Assembly: GCA_963758495.1 (NCBI GenBank)
Contig: CAVWVI010000003.1
Coordinates: 1,600,001-1,664,000, forward strand
DNA from: Oligoflexia bacterium
GTDB taxonomy: Bacteria; Bdellovibrionota; UBA1018
Direction: 5' to 3'
Length of the DNA stretch: 64,000 nucleotides
Position 1 is the stretch's first letter, and the number at the start of each line of letters is the position of its first letter. Both the position numbers and the translations under genes were made by a program. This document shows positions 51,409-61,619 of the stretch, in pieces. A model generated the notes under the pieces. It had not been told where the DNA came from. It searched no databases and saw only the letters and a list, made by a program, of their open reading frames with translations.

Positions 51409-53804
51409 GAGCGTGGCTTCAAGTTGCTGCGCAAAGAGGCTAGTCCTGCAAAAGCGTTATTAAAAGCTTCTTTCGGCTTTTTGGGCGGAAGAGGCTTTTT
51501 CATCGGCGAAACAGGAGGCTTGTTTGATGAGGGTGTAGGAGCGGTCGCTCGATGGATCGGAGGCTTCCGGTCCAAACGATCAAACTGAGGGCGTCTTGGA
51601 GCAATGTCTACCTTTGGTTTTTCTACGATGTTTTTCATCGAAAGCGAAATCTGACTTTTCTCAACGTTCACTTCTAAGACTCTCACTTTAACCCGATCGC
51701 CAGGGTTGACAATTTCCCGAGGATCTTTAATGAATTTTTCACTCAATTGAGAGATATGAACAAGTCCGTCTTGATGAACGCCAATATCTACGAATGCACC
51801 GAAATTGGTTACATTCGTCACGATACCAGGACAAATCATGGTAGGTTTTAAGTCTTTTACTTCATGAATATCATCGCGGAAATTAAAAAGAATGAACTCT
51901 TCTCGAGGATCTCTTCCGGGTTTTTCCAATTCTTTGACTATGTCGTCAAAAGTGAAAGGACCGATTTGGTCACGGAAAGAGGAGTCTTGTTTGAGTAATT
52001 TAACTCCTGGTCCAGTCAGGTCTTTTACGCTTTTTCCATGTTTTGTAGCAAACTCTTCAAGTTGAGCGTAATTTTCTGGATGAACACCGGTATTATCTAA
52101 GGGGTGAGAGCTTTCCGGAATTCTCAAAAATCCCGCAGCCTGTTCGAAAGCTTTCTTGGTAAAGCGAGGAACGGACAAGAGATCTGTTCTGGATTGAAAA
52201 AGTCCCTTTTGGCCTCGATACTCTACTAATGCTTTGGCAAGAGACGGACCTATTCCGGATACATGTGCTAATAAATGATAGGAAGCTGTATTTAAATTCA
52301 CACCCACTTGATTGACGCAGGAATCGACTACAAGATCTAATCCTCTTTTTAGGGAGTGGGGAGAGACATCATGTTGGTATTGTCCTACTCCGATACTTTT
52401 CGGGTCTACTTTGACCAACTCGGCAAGAGGATCTTGAAATCGTCGAGCAATTGAAATAGCTCCGCGCACAGTAACATCTAAATCCGGAAACTCTTCGCGT
52501 GCCGCTTCGCTTGCGCTATAAACACTTGCCCCTGCTTCACTGACCATGACGATAGGGATGTTTGTTTCATTTTCCTTCATGACCGATCTGACAAAAGCTT
52601 CCGTTTCTCTTCCTGCAGTTCCATTTCCTACAGCAATAGCAGCAATATTAACGGTTTTTACCACTTCAGATAAAAGGCTCTTTGCAGTCGTTTTCCCTGA
52701 TTCTGAATTTAAATAAATGACGGTGCTGGCGATATATTTTCCAGCATCATCAATAACAGCCATTTTACATCCCGTTTTGATGCCTGGGTCGATACCCAAA
52801 ACAGCCTTTGAGCCGAAAGGTGACGCTAAAAGTAGCATTCTGACGTTTTCAGAAAAAACTTTAATAGAGGCTTCATCGGCGACTTCGCGCAGGGCTTTAT
52901 GAAGTTCACCTTCAATGCTCGGAAAAACATGAGCTTTATAGGCCAACTTCGCTGCCTTGAGTAATATTGCACTGCCTGGGGAGTCAAATACGCTGCAGCT
53001 TGCTGCTTCAAATGCTTGAATCAAGTGCTTTTCAAAGTCAGGATCATCTCCAGGACCCTCAAAGCTTAATATCAGCTCTTCTTCCATCCAGCCTCGCTTT
53101 GTTGCGAGATATCGATGAGAGTTTTGGGGGAGTAATAAAGCCTGAATCGATTCTTTGAAGTCAAAATAGGTTTCAAATTTACTATTGGGCTTAGCTTTTT
53201 TCCCTTTTTCGGTTCGAATGATGCCCTTTTCGAAAAACTGGGTTCGAACGAGTTGACGTAGATCCTGCATTTCAGCTAAGCGCTCAATTAATATATCTTG
53301 AGCACCGGCAATGGCGGCAGCTGCATCTTTGATTTCTTTAGCTTCATTCCTAAATGTAAAGGCCCAAAGTTCTAAAGTTTGTCCAGGATGAGGGGTTTCG
53401 GTGCCATGCCCACAAGCCCAAATCCAGTCAGCGAGAGGCTCAAGACCCGCCTCTTTGGCAAGGGCCGCTTTAGTTTTCCTCTTGATCTTATAAGGTAAAT
53501 AGAGATCTTCTAGAAGTTCAAGTTTAAAAGTTGAGGAAATTTTTTCTTTGAGTTCAGGTGTTAGTTTCTTTTGATGTTCAATTTCCCCTAAGATAAATTC
53601 CTGACGTTTTAAAATATGATCCCAGCGTTCTTTTCCGTCAATGATCGCTTGAATGGATACCTCATTTAGACTTCCCGTTTGTTCCTTTCGGTAACGAGCA
53701 ATAAATGGAATAGTGCCTCCATCAGCGGCTAAACCTAAGACCGCACCTACAGAGGGGGTCGGGATTTCAGGATGTAATGACTGGAACCAACTTTCAAAAT
53801 TCAC
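51405..53804 (-). CDS. tex: Tex-family RNA-binding transcriptional accessory protein
   Basis: TIPFIARYRKE, LGIDPG, GNGTAGRET, SIGVGQYQHD, C-terminal S1 domain. Confidence 0.96.
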   Translation of the reverse strand: MNFESWFQSLHPEIPTPSVGAVLGLAADGGTIPFIARYRKEQTGSLNEVSIQAIIDGKERWDHILKRQEFILGEIEHQKKLTPELKEKISSTFKLELLEDLYLPYKIKRKTKAALAKEAGLEPLADWIWACGHGTETPHPGQTLELWAFTFRNEAKEIKDAAAAIAGAQDILIERLAEMQDLRQLVRTQFFEKGIIRTEKGKKAKPNSKFETYFDFKESIQALLLPQNSHRYLATKRGWMEEELILSFEGPGDDPDFEKHLIQAFEAASCSVFDSPGSAILLKAAKLAYKAHVFPSIEGELHKALREVADEASIKVFSENVRMLLLASPFGSKAVLGIDPGIKTGCKMAVIDDAGKYIASTVIYLNSESGKTTAKSLLSEVVKTVNIAAIAVGNGTAGRETEAFVRSVMKENETNIPIVMVSEAGASVYSASEAAREEFPDLDVTVRGAISIARRFQDPLAELVKVDPKSIGVGQYQHDVSPHSLKRGLDLVVDSCVNQVGVNLNTASYHLLAHVSGIGPSLAKALVEYRGQKGLFQSRTDLLSVPRFTKKAFEQAAGFLRIPESSHPLDNTGVHPENYAQLEEFATKHGKSVKDLTGPGVKLLKQDSSFRDQIGPFTFDDIVKELEKPGRDPREEFILFNFRDDIHEVKDLKPTMICPGIVTNVTNFGAFVDIGVHQDGLVHISQLSEKFIKDPREIVNPGDRVKVRVLEVNVEKSQISLSMKNIVEKPKVDIAPRRPQFDRLDRKPPIHRATAPTPSSNKPPVSPMKKPLPPKKPKEAFNNAFAGLASLRSNLKPRS

Positions 53805-54786
53805 TTATTCTTACCTCCAGCAAATAAACTGCAAACAACCCTTCTGGATCGGTCCAAAACTTTAATTTAGAGAAGCCTACTGTTTCAATGAAATTCTCAA
53901 ATTCTTTAGGTTCAAATTTGTAAGAATTTTCAGTATGAATCGTCTCACCCAGTTTGAAAAAGAGAGTAGTATCAGCTATCCGAACAAATTGATCTCTAAG
54001 ACTCAGTAGGTGCATTTCGATTCTTTTTTCAGGTGAATTATAATAGGCCTTATGACGAAAAGCACTTAAATTAAAATTTGCACCTAATTCTTTATTCATT
54101 CTTCTTAGAATGTTCAAATTAAAGGAAGCCGTAATGCCTTGGACATCATTGTAGGCCCGCTCCAGTATACTTTGATCTTTTATCAGATCAACCCCGATTA
54201 ATAAAAGCCCTCCTTTGCCAATCAAGCGGGCTGCATTTAAAAGAAAGGATCTCGCTTCGGGAGGATCGAAATTACCCAAAGTAGACCCTGGAAAAAATGC
54301 CAACTTTCTTTTTGTACCTTTAAGAAACTCAGGTAATGCAAGAAGCGGATGGGTGTAATCTCCAGCGATAGGTATTATTTTAATTCTAGGAAACTCTACT
54401 TTTAATTTATGTACGGACTCCAATAAGGCAGCTTTTGAGATGTCTATAGGGACATAGACGAATGGATTGTGAAGCGATTTGAGCAAAATCTGCGTTTTTA
54501 TGCCTGCGCCGATACCAAATTCAATTAAAAAGCATTCTTGACCCACTATTTCTGCAATTTCTTGACTCTGTTTTGTTAAAATCGATATTTCAGTACGGGT
54601 TGGATAGTATTCGTCTAATTCGCAGATTTGGTCAAAAAGTGTCGATCCTTCGGAGTTGTAAAGAAACTTTGGATGGATCTCTTTTTGTGTTTTGAGTAAA
54701 CCTTTTAGGATGATGTTTTTCGTGTCTTCTGTCAGAGGACTGAGATCTAAAAAGTCAATACCAAGTTGATTTTGAAGGTTAGTCAT
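53794..54786 (-). CDS. egtD: L-histidine N-alpha-methyltransferase
   Basis: PKFLY, EYYPTRTE, FPGSTLGN, AYND, IHTENSYK. Confidence 0.93.
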   Translation of the reverse strand: MTNLQNQLGIDFLDLSPLTEDTKNIILKGLLKTQKEIHPKFLYNSEGSTLFDQICELDEYYPTRTEISILTKQSQEIAEIVGQECFLIEFGIGAGIKTQILLKSLHNPFVYVPIDISKAALLESVHKLKVEFPRIKIIPIAGDYTHPLLALPEFLKGTKRKLAFFPGSTLGNFDPPEARSFLLNAARLIGKGGLLLIGVDLIKDQSILERAYNDVQGITASFNLNILRRMNKELGANFNLSAFRHKAYYNSPEKRIEMHLLSLRDQFVRIADTTLFFKLGETIHTENSYKFEPKEFENFIETVGFSKLKFWTDPEGLFAVYLLEVRISEF

Positions 54787-54791
54787 TCAAG

Positions 54792-56078
54792 CTATCGCCC
54801 CTTTGCAAGACGAAAGCCAGTAAATTGCCAGCGGGTTTCAGGGGCAAAAAAATTACGATAGGTGTGACGAATATGATTTGTTGGGGTGACGCATGATCCG
54901 CCTCGCAGAGTGATTTGGTTACACATAAATTTACTATTATATTCGCCTATACAGCCTGAGTAGGGGTTAAAGCCAGGATAGGGTTGAAAAGAGCTTGCTG
55001 TCCATTCCCAAACGTCGCCAAAAAATTGAAATAGCTTGAGTTCATCACGATTTAAACCTGAATATAAACCAGTATCTATGGGGATGGGATGAAAGTGGTT
55101 TTTTTCTAATAGATTTCCTTCTATCTTTTTCAAAGAGGCGGCGATTTCCCATTCAGCTTCAAAAGGGAGGCGTGCATTTCTCCATTTTGCAAAGGCAGCG
55201 GCTTCATAGTAGCTGACATGGCACACAGGCTCATTTGTGGAAATGCGCTTCATTCCCAAAAGGGTGAAGGACCACCAAGCATCGTCTTGCTGCTCCCAGT
55301 AGAGTGGGCAGTTCCAACCATACTTTTTCACACAATTCCATCCATCAGAGAGCCATAATGAAGGAGTTTGATAACCACCCGCCTTCATAAATTCGAGAAA
55401 TTCTCCATTTGTGACCAGTCTAGACTCAATCGTGAATTCCTCTAGGTAGACTTTATGGCGAGGTTTTTCATGATCAAATGCAAACCCGGCACCTTCGTGA
55501 CCGATAGTGTACAGCCCCTGTGTAAAGTAAATAAATTGATCTGTAAGTTTTTCATTAGATTGGGGGAAATCTGAATTTTTAAAAAAATGGTAGGTGGGTC
55601 TTAAAGAATTCGTCCAAAAAATGTGTTTGATATCAGTGAGAAGTAATTCTTGATGTTGCTGTTCATGATTCAACCCAAGAATCAGGAGGGGTTCAATGGC
55701 GCGGAGTTCAGATGAAGAAGCGCATTGTAACAGCTCCGCTATTTTCTCATCAATTAAGCGACGATATTGGTAAACTTCTTCGACAGTGGGGCGAGAAAGA
55801 ATTCCGCGCTTGCAGCGTTGTACCCGAGAGCCGATAGATTCGTAGTATGAGTTAAAAATGTAATTAAATTCAAGACAATAGACCTGATACGATTTTAAGA
55901 AGGGGACTAAGATAAAGGTCTCCAAAAACCAGGTTGTATGCCCTAAATGCCATTTGGGGGGGCTGACGTCCGGCATACTCTGAATGACGTAGTCTTCAGT
56001 ATGCAGAGGTAGACAGAGGGCTTCTGTGAGATTTCGAATTTGAGTAAAACGTTGAATCATATTCTGCCTTGAAAGCAA
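54792..56078 (-). CDS. egtB: Ergothioneine biosynthesis sulfoxide synthase
   Basis: QSMPDVSPPKWHLGHTTWF, HEQQHQEL, FGE-sulfatase domain. Confidence 0.93.
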   Translation of the reverse strand: MLSRQNMIQRFTQIRNLTEALCLPLHTEDYVIQSMPDVSPPKWHLGHTTWFLETFILVPFLKSYQVYCLEFNYIFNSYYESIGSRVQRCKRGILSRPTVEEVYQYRRLIDEKIAELLQCASSSELRAIEPLLILGLNHEQQHQELLLTDIKHIFWTNSLRPTYHFFKNSDFPQSNEKLTDQFIYFTQGLYTIGHEGAGFAFDHEKPRHKVYLEEFTIESRLVTNGEFLEFMKAGGYQTPSLWLSDGWNCVKKYGWNCPLYWEQQDDAWWSFTLLGMKRISTNEPVCHVSYYEAAAFAKWRNARLPFEAEWEIAASLKKIEGNLLEKNHFHPIPIDTGLYSGLNRDELKLFQFFGDVWEWTASSFQPYPGFNPYSGCIGEYNSKFMCNQITLRGGSCVTPTNHIRHTYRNFFAPETRWQFTGFRLAKGR

Positions 56079-56161
56079 CTCCTGTGCGCGCTCTATAAAG
56101 CAGATCCTTGCAGTACTTACGTACCCTATTCAATTACTTGGAATCCTGCTAAGCTGCGCGG

Positions 56162-58009
56162 ATGGCTATATTAGTGAGTGCATCTAAAATATCAAAATCC
56201 TTTGGAGCTCGTCCGCTCTTTGACGAGATTACTTTCGCGATTGAAACGGGGGATCGTATTGGACTCATCGGACCCAATGGAGCGGGTAAGTCCACTCTTC
56301 TTAGGATTTTGGCTTCCCAAGCTACGGCTGATGAAGGAATCTTATCCTTGCAACGAGGTTTGCGAGTGGGATTTTTGGAGCAAATGCCGACTTTTTCGGA
56401 AGATGCAACAGTGTATTCTACAATTTTAGAGGGTACTCACGATCCACATGATTGGGAATGCATGGCGCAAGCCGAAGAGATCATGTCTAAACTTTCATTG
56501 AATGAACCCTCGTTGTTGGTCAAGGATCTATCAGGAGGATGGAAAAAGCGTGTTGCACTGGCCAGAGAATTAGTACGGTTACCCGATTTGCTTCTTTTGG
56601 ATGAGCCTACGAATCATTTAGATTTAGAAAGCATTATGGAGTTGGAAGACATCTTGGCGAGTGCTCCTTATGCGACGTTGACGATTACGCACGATCGTTT
56701 ATTTTTGCAACGAATTGCAAATCGAATTCTTGAACTGGATAAAAGAAATCAGGGTGGTCTTTTAAGTGTAAAAGGGGATTACACTACTTATTTAGATATT
56801 AAAGATCAAATGATGGCAGCGCAAGAACGTAGGGAAATCATCCTTAAAAATACTTTACGCAGAGAAACCGAATGGCTTCGGCAAGGTGCAAAAGCGCGTA
56901 CCACAAAGCAGCAAGCTAGGATTCAGCGTGCAGGAGACCTTAAGGATGAAGTAGGTGAATTAGAATATCGAAATCAAGTTCGAACGGCACGTATAGATTT
57001 TCAGTCTTCAGAGAAAAGTCCGAAAAAATTGATTGATGCGAAAAAGATTTCTAAATCTTATGATTCTCGATCCATTTTTTCAGGAATCGATTTGATGATA
57101 ACACCCGGCAAGCGCATTGGTATTCTGGGTAAAAATGGGTGCGGCAAGTCTACTTTAATTCGAGTTTTGTTAGGATTGGAAGAGCCGGACTTTGGCACTG
57201 TGATTAGATCGGACAATTTAACTGTTTCTTACTTTCAACAAAATCGTGATGCTTTGAATCCTACCACTACTGTCGCTAAAACGTTATGCCCTCAGGGGGA
57301 GTATGTGGATTACCGTGGGAGCCGAGTCCATATTCGGAGTTATTTAGATCGATTTTTATTCACCCAAGGTCAGATGGATATGGCAGTCGGGAAGCTTTCA
57401 GGAGGTGAGCAAAGTAGACTTTTAATTGCTCAGCTCATGCTAAAAGAATGCAATTTGCTTGTTTTGGACGAACCCACGAATGATTTGGATATGGCCACCT
57501 TAAATGTACTCGAAGAGTGTCTGAGTGATTTTCCAGGTGCCGTGATACTTGTTACCCATGATCGTTATTTCTTGGATCAAGTTGCAACTCAAATTCTTGC
57601 GTTTGGAACAGTGGGAGCGGCAATTGGGAAAGTGGTCTCGTTTGCAAGTTTAGAGCAGTGGGAGACTTGGCACGTACAGCAAGCAAAGAATTTGCCGTTT
57701 TCTCCAGATGTTAAAGAACAATTGCTTTCTAAAAGTGGAGAGGCTAAAAGCGGGGCTGCTGTGAAATTACCTGCAGGGAAGCGAAAAAAGCTGGGTTTTA
57801 AAGAGCAGCGGGAATTCGATTCTATGGAAGAGAATATTCAGAAAGCCGAAGCAGCATTGTCCAAATTAACCACCGAAAGTCTATTGCCCGTGAATACTTC
57901 AAACTCTACTCAGCTCGTCGAAATAACAAAAGAAATGACACGGCTTCAAAATGAAATTGATCGACTTTATGCGCGTTGGCATGAATTGGAAAGTGAATCA
58001 GGAGAGTGA
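56162..58009 (+). CDS. ABC-F family ATPase (Uup-like)
   Basis: Two ABC cassettes (GPNGAGKST, GKNGCGKST), WLRQGAKARTTKQ linker, C-terminal coiled coil. Confidence 0.92.
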   Translation: MAILVSASKISKSFGARPLFDEITFAIETGDRIGLIGPNGAGKSTLLRILASQATADEGILSLQRGLRVGFLEQMPTFSEDATVYSTILEGTHDPHDWECMAQAEEIMSKLSLNEPSLLVKDLSGGWKKRVALARELVRLPDLLLLDEPTNHLDLESIMELEDILASAPYATLTITHDRLFLQRIANRILELDKRNQGGLLSVKGDYTTYLDIKDQMMAAQERREIILKNTLRRETEWLRQGAKARTTKQQARIQRAGDLKDEVGELEYRNQVRTARIDFQSSEKSPKKLIDAKKISKSYDSRSIFSGIDLMITPGKRIGILGKNGCGKSTLIRVLLGLEEPDFGTVIRSDNLTVSYFQQNRDALNPTTTVAKTLCPQGEYVDYRGSRVHIRSYLDRFLFTQGQMDMAVGKLSGGEQSRLLIAQLMLKECNLLVLDEPTNDLDMATLNVLEECLSDFPGAVILVTHDRYFLDQVATQILAFGTVGAAIGKVVSFASLEQWETWHVQQAKNLPFSPDVKEQLLSKSGEAKSGAAVKLPAGKRKKLGFKEQREFDSMEENIQKAEAALSKLTTESLLPVNTSNSTQLVEITKEMTRLQNEIDRLYARWHELESESGE

Positions 58010-59709
58010 GCCGGTTTATGGTCACCCCTTCTTCACTTCAGCAGAGGATAGATGCAGCACAAGGTCGTATTGAATGTGATTTGATTTTCCAAAATGCAAC
58101 TTATCTGGATGTATTTACATGTGAGTGGAAGCAGGGAGATCTCTCCATTTCGAATGGAGTGATTGTAGGTGTAGATTCGGGATTGAAGTCTAAGCGGACT
58201 TATAATGCACGAGGAAGATGGCTCGTGCCGGGATTTGTGGATGCTCATGTTCATGTAGAAAGCTCCATGATGGCGCCTCTGAATTTTCAAGAGGCTGTTT
58301 TACAGCGTGGGACAACCACGGCTATTTGTGATCCCCATGAGTTAGCTAACGTCATGGGAGTTCCCGGAATTCAATATTTTTTAGATACATCAAATAGTCT
58401 GGATATGGATTTGTGGGTCATGATGAGTTCTTGTGTGCCCGCAACACATATGGAGACCAATGGTGGCGGAGAAATTACAGCTGAAGAGTTAGTTCTTTTA
58501 GCAAAGCACCCAAAAGCCTTGGGACTTGCTGAAATGATGAATATGCCAGGAGTGTTGAACGCGGATCCTCATGTCATGAAAAAGCTTGAGTCTTTCGTGG
58601 GAATGCCAATGGATGGACATTGTCCTTTACTGAGGGGCCAAAATCTTTCTGCTTATGCGGCGGCAGGAATTTCAAGTTGCCATGAGTCAACAGAGCTCCA
58701 AGAGGCTCGTGAAAAATTATCTAAAGGAATTGCTATTTGGATTCGAGAAGGGAGCGTTGCAAAGGATTTAAAATCTCTTTCACCTCTCCTTACTCTAGCA
58801 ACTTCTACTAGCTTAGGTTTTTGTACAGATGATCGGAATCCATGGGATATTGAAGTAGAAGGTCACATCGACCATTTAATCCGGGGCGCTATAGGTTATG
58901 GAGTTCCTCCTGAGGTTGCCTTTCGATGTGCCTCATGGAGTGTGGCTCGGCACTATGGATTAAATACAGGAATGAAAAGAGTGGGTGCTATTGCTCCCGG
59001 TTATCAAGCGGACCTTGTGCTCCTGGATGATCTTCAGTCTTGTGCTGTTGGTAAAGTTCTCAAGAATGGGATTTGGGTTTCGGATTTAGACCCCAATCAA
59101 AAAGCGAATCTCAGTGCTACAAACTCTATCCAGGCACATATACCGGAGACAGTGGATTTAGAAGGGCCACAGGGCCTCGTTCATGTCATTGGGATTATCG
59201 AAGGAAAAATTATTACGGATCATCGAGTGCTCATGAGTGATGCGCCCGGCGTGGCGAAGCTTTCAGTACTAGAACGTTATGGAAAGGGCTCAAAGCCTGC
59301 AAACGGATATGTGGAAGGATTTGGTACACACTTTAAAGGTGCTATCGGTTCTAGTGTAGGCCACGACAGTCATAATTTAATTGTAGTAGGAAGTAACGCT
59401 TCCGATATGCGAGTAGCATTGGCGAATTTAGCTCAAATGGGTGGGGGCTTTTGTGTAGTTCAAGACGGGCACGTTCTTGCTCAGATCCCTCTGCCTTTTG
59501 GAGGGCTCATGTCCAATCAGAGTCCTCAGCAACTGAAAAAGTCTCTTGAAATACTGAAAGAGGCCAGTCAAGCGGTAGGCTGTGAGCTAGGTGAGCCTTT
59601 TTTACAGCTGGCTTTTCTCAGCTTGCCTGTTATTCCTTCATTAAAATTAACGGACCGAGGACTTGTGGACGTGAATGAATTCAAAATCATTGACGTTCGG
59701 GCAAGCTAA
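58006..59709 (+). CDS. ade: Adenine deaminase
   Basis: DAHVHVESS, DPHE, AEMMN, DGHCP, CTDD, HDSHN. Confidence 0.95.
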   Translation: MSRFMVTPSSLQQRIDAAQGRIECDLIFQNATYLDVFTCEWKQGDLSISNGVIVGVDSGLKSKRTYNARGRWLVPGFVDAHVHVESSMMAPLNFQEAVLQRGTTTAICDPHELANVMGVPGIQYFLDTSNSLDMDLWVMMSSCVPATHMETNGGGEITAEELVLLAKHPKALGLAEMMNMPGVLNADPHVMKKLESFVGMPMDGHCPLLRGQNLSAYAAAGISSCHESTELQEAREKLSKGIAIWIREGSVAKDLKSLSPLLTLATSTSLGFCTDDRNPWDIEVEGHIDHLIRGAIGYGVPPEVAFRCASWSVARHYGLNTGMKRVGAIAPGYQADLVLLDDLQSCAVGKVLKNGIWVSDLDPNQKANLSATNSIQAHIPETVDLEGPQGLVHVIGIIEGKIITDHRVLMSDAPGVAKLSVLERYGKGSKPANGYVEGFGTHFKGAIGSSVGHDSHNLIVVGSNASDMRVALANLAQMGGGFCVVQDGHVLAQIPLPFGGLMSNQSPQQLKKSLEILKEASQAVGCELGEPFLQLAFLSLPVIPSLKLTDRGLVDVNEFKIIDVRAS

Positions 59710-60427
59710 TTCTGACGTAGCCTCGATTTTGATTGGACCCTTTGTCACGAGTTACCATTCCTTTAAGTAAGGTGTCTTCGGAGACCCAATAGGGCTCATA
59801 CCACTTGCGATCAGGATCGAGTACAAGTACTTTTTTATGTTCTGAGTCGTATGCAGCCAACGGGGCAATATGTCCTACGTCAGCATCACCCGTATAGATG
59901 CCCTGAATAAAATTAATCACAAGGTATTCATTTTTAGAGGTTTCAGCTTTTACCAATGATTCATGAAGTTTCTTTCGGGTGCTCTCAGACAGATCTGGAG
60001 TGTGTACCACTTCGACTTGAATGGGATGAATGCCATAAGCTTTTAAGCTCTCTTGAATCAGAGGCCCAAGTTCACTCAAAGAGACTCCACGGCCCAATAA
60101 ACCCGTTTTTCTGCTCCAAGTGGATTCATGCAGTTTTTTTAGAAGCCCTGCTTCAGTCACAAGCTCGTCCTCAGCGGTAAATTTCATTCCTACTCGAGCT
60201 GCATTGACGAGCATGGCAACACTTGCAACTGAACAAGAGCTCTCAGTTTGTTGAGGGAGATAATAAGGGATGTACTTCCAAAAGGGCGATGTAGAGTGCT
60301 GACGAAAGTATTCGTGAGAAATCGAAAGAGGAATTGCCTCTGGACCGTATTTTGGCTTGATCTCCGCTCCCCAGGCCAATGAGCTGAATAAGATCATTAC
60401 AGCAATAGGGTTGAGGCATGTAGTCAT
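59687..60427 (-). CDS. Phytochelatin synthase-family (papain-like) exported protein
   Basis: QQTESSCSVAS (Cys), GHIAPLAAYD (His), LVLDPD (Asp), YEPYWV; signal peptide. Confidence 0.85.
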   Translation of the reverse strand: MTTCLNPIAVMILFSSLAWGAEIKPKYGPEAIPLSISHEYFRQHSTSPFWKYIPYYLPQQTESSCSVASVAMLVNAARVGMKFTAEDELVTEAGLLKKLHESTWSRKTGLLGRGVSLSELGPLIQESLKAYGIHPIQVEVVHTPDLSESTRKKLHESLVKAETSKNEYLVINFIQGIYTGDADVGHIAPLAAYDSEHKKVLVLDPDRKWYEPYWVSEDTLLKGMVTRDKGSNQNRGYVRISLPERQ

Positions 60428-60529
60428 GAAACTTCTCCTTCTTTGTTTTTCACTGACGTAGTTTGTAATATTGCCCTTTCCAAAGGCATTTGCTATAGGC
60501 TAGGTTATATTTTAGAGTAGTCCACTTAC

Positions 60530-60619
60530 GGAGAGATGGCCGAGTGGTCGAAGGCACTCCCTTGCTAAGGGAGCAGCGGGTAAAACCGCTCGAGAGTTCG
60601 AATCTCTCTCTCTCCGCCA
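60530..60619 (+). tRNA. tRNA-Ser(GCT)
   Basis: GGAGAGA stem, CTCCC-TT-GCT-AA-GGGAG anticodon arm, long variable arm, GTTCGAAT, CCA. Confidence 0.97.
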
Positions 60620-60700
60620 TTTTGGAATACTTTGGAATATCAGGGGTTTCATCAAGATTTTCCTTCCTTCGAATGACTTAATTTTAGCAATAGCAAATCA

Positions 60701-60763
60701 AAAATGGCGGAAATACGAAAGGTAAAACGCGGTAGCGTTTTGCACTTTAGAGAGAGATTCGAA
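60701..60763 (-). repeat. Inverted, interrupted copy of the tRNA-Ser(GCT) 3' end
   Basis: 60701-60711 is complementary to 60613-60623 and 60749-60763 to 60597-60611; a 37-bp hairpin insert lies between them. Confidence 0.85.
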
Positions 60764-60795
60764 TAAAAAGGACTCCTTTTATAATTAAGCTCAAC

Positions 60796-61528
60796 TATGG
60801 ATCAACCGGCTCATATCAAGGGAATCACATAGCGAAAGTTGCCGGAGCCATCGCGATATCGGACAAAAGCAAGCCATTTCCGATCTTTGCTAAACTACCA
60901 CAATTCCCATTGATGGGAGCAGGCAAGGTGACTTTTAAACTCTCTCTAAAGCGCGATGCAAAAGTTATCGGCGAGTTGGTTCCAGAGTACGTGTTTGAAG
61001 TGAATATAGAATCAGCAACCGTAGGTCGATGATTGATCAATGACCAAGAAGAAAGGCATGCCTCCTCTCTTGACCGCGCAACCGATGCCCTCGCCTGCTG
61101 CACAAACAGCAATCGCCTGTATTGGCTTCGAGTACCTACAGTTTTTGTTCGTACTACCGTTTCACGGTTACTCGACTGAATCCAAGGTCCTGTTGGAACT
61201 CGTTTCGGGCCTAGCAAGTTCTGTAATCGACTATAAGCAGAAGAACTCAGTGTCTTTGCCGGCATGGCTAGATGACCTCAGATTTCAAGAAGAGGACGCA
61301 CTTCAACGAGAGATGAGTGTGCTGTTTAAAAAATAGAACGAGTTTCAGCAACGAGTGGAACAGTTAAGGGAGTATAAGGGTATTCTGACAAATTCTGGAA
61401 CGCCCCTTACTGAACTGCTTGCTAGAGTGCTCAGGCAGTTCTTCGGCCTTTCAATTACCGATGACGATCAGGGCAAGGACGATCTCGCAATTATTAATGC
61501 AAATTCGGTAGAGTATTTTTTAGAGTAG
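60796..61528 (+). pseudogene. Degraded hypothetical gene
   Basis: ORF 61040-61336 continues past its TAG in the same frame for about 63 codons to 61528; upstream segment is in another frame with an internal stop. Confidence 0.45.
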
Positions 61529-61619
61529 TTTTATTTCATTTTTACGGCCAAAATAGGGTGGTGTGCTTTAGAGATTAACGTAGAGCAAGCTCGGGCGTTG
61601 AGTTGAGTCGGGGGAAGTA

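Noticed and set aside
53794..56078. Selenoneine or other variant sulfoxide synthase cluster
   Set aside because: No senB/senC-like neighbours; an ordinary egtB-egtD pair.
60825..61265. 146-aa minus-strand ORF
   Set aside because: No recognisable motif; the plus strand looks more like a decayed gene. Not fully excluded.
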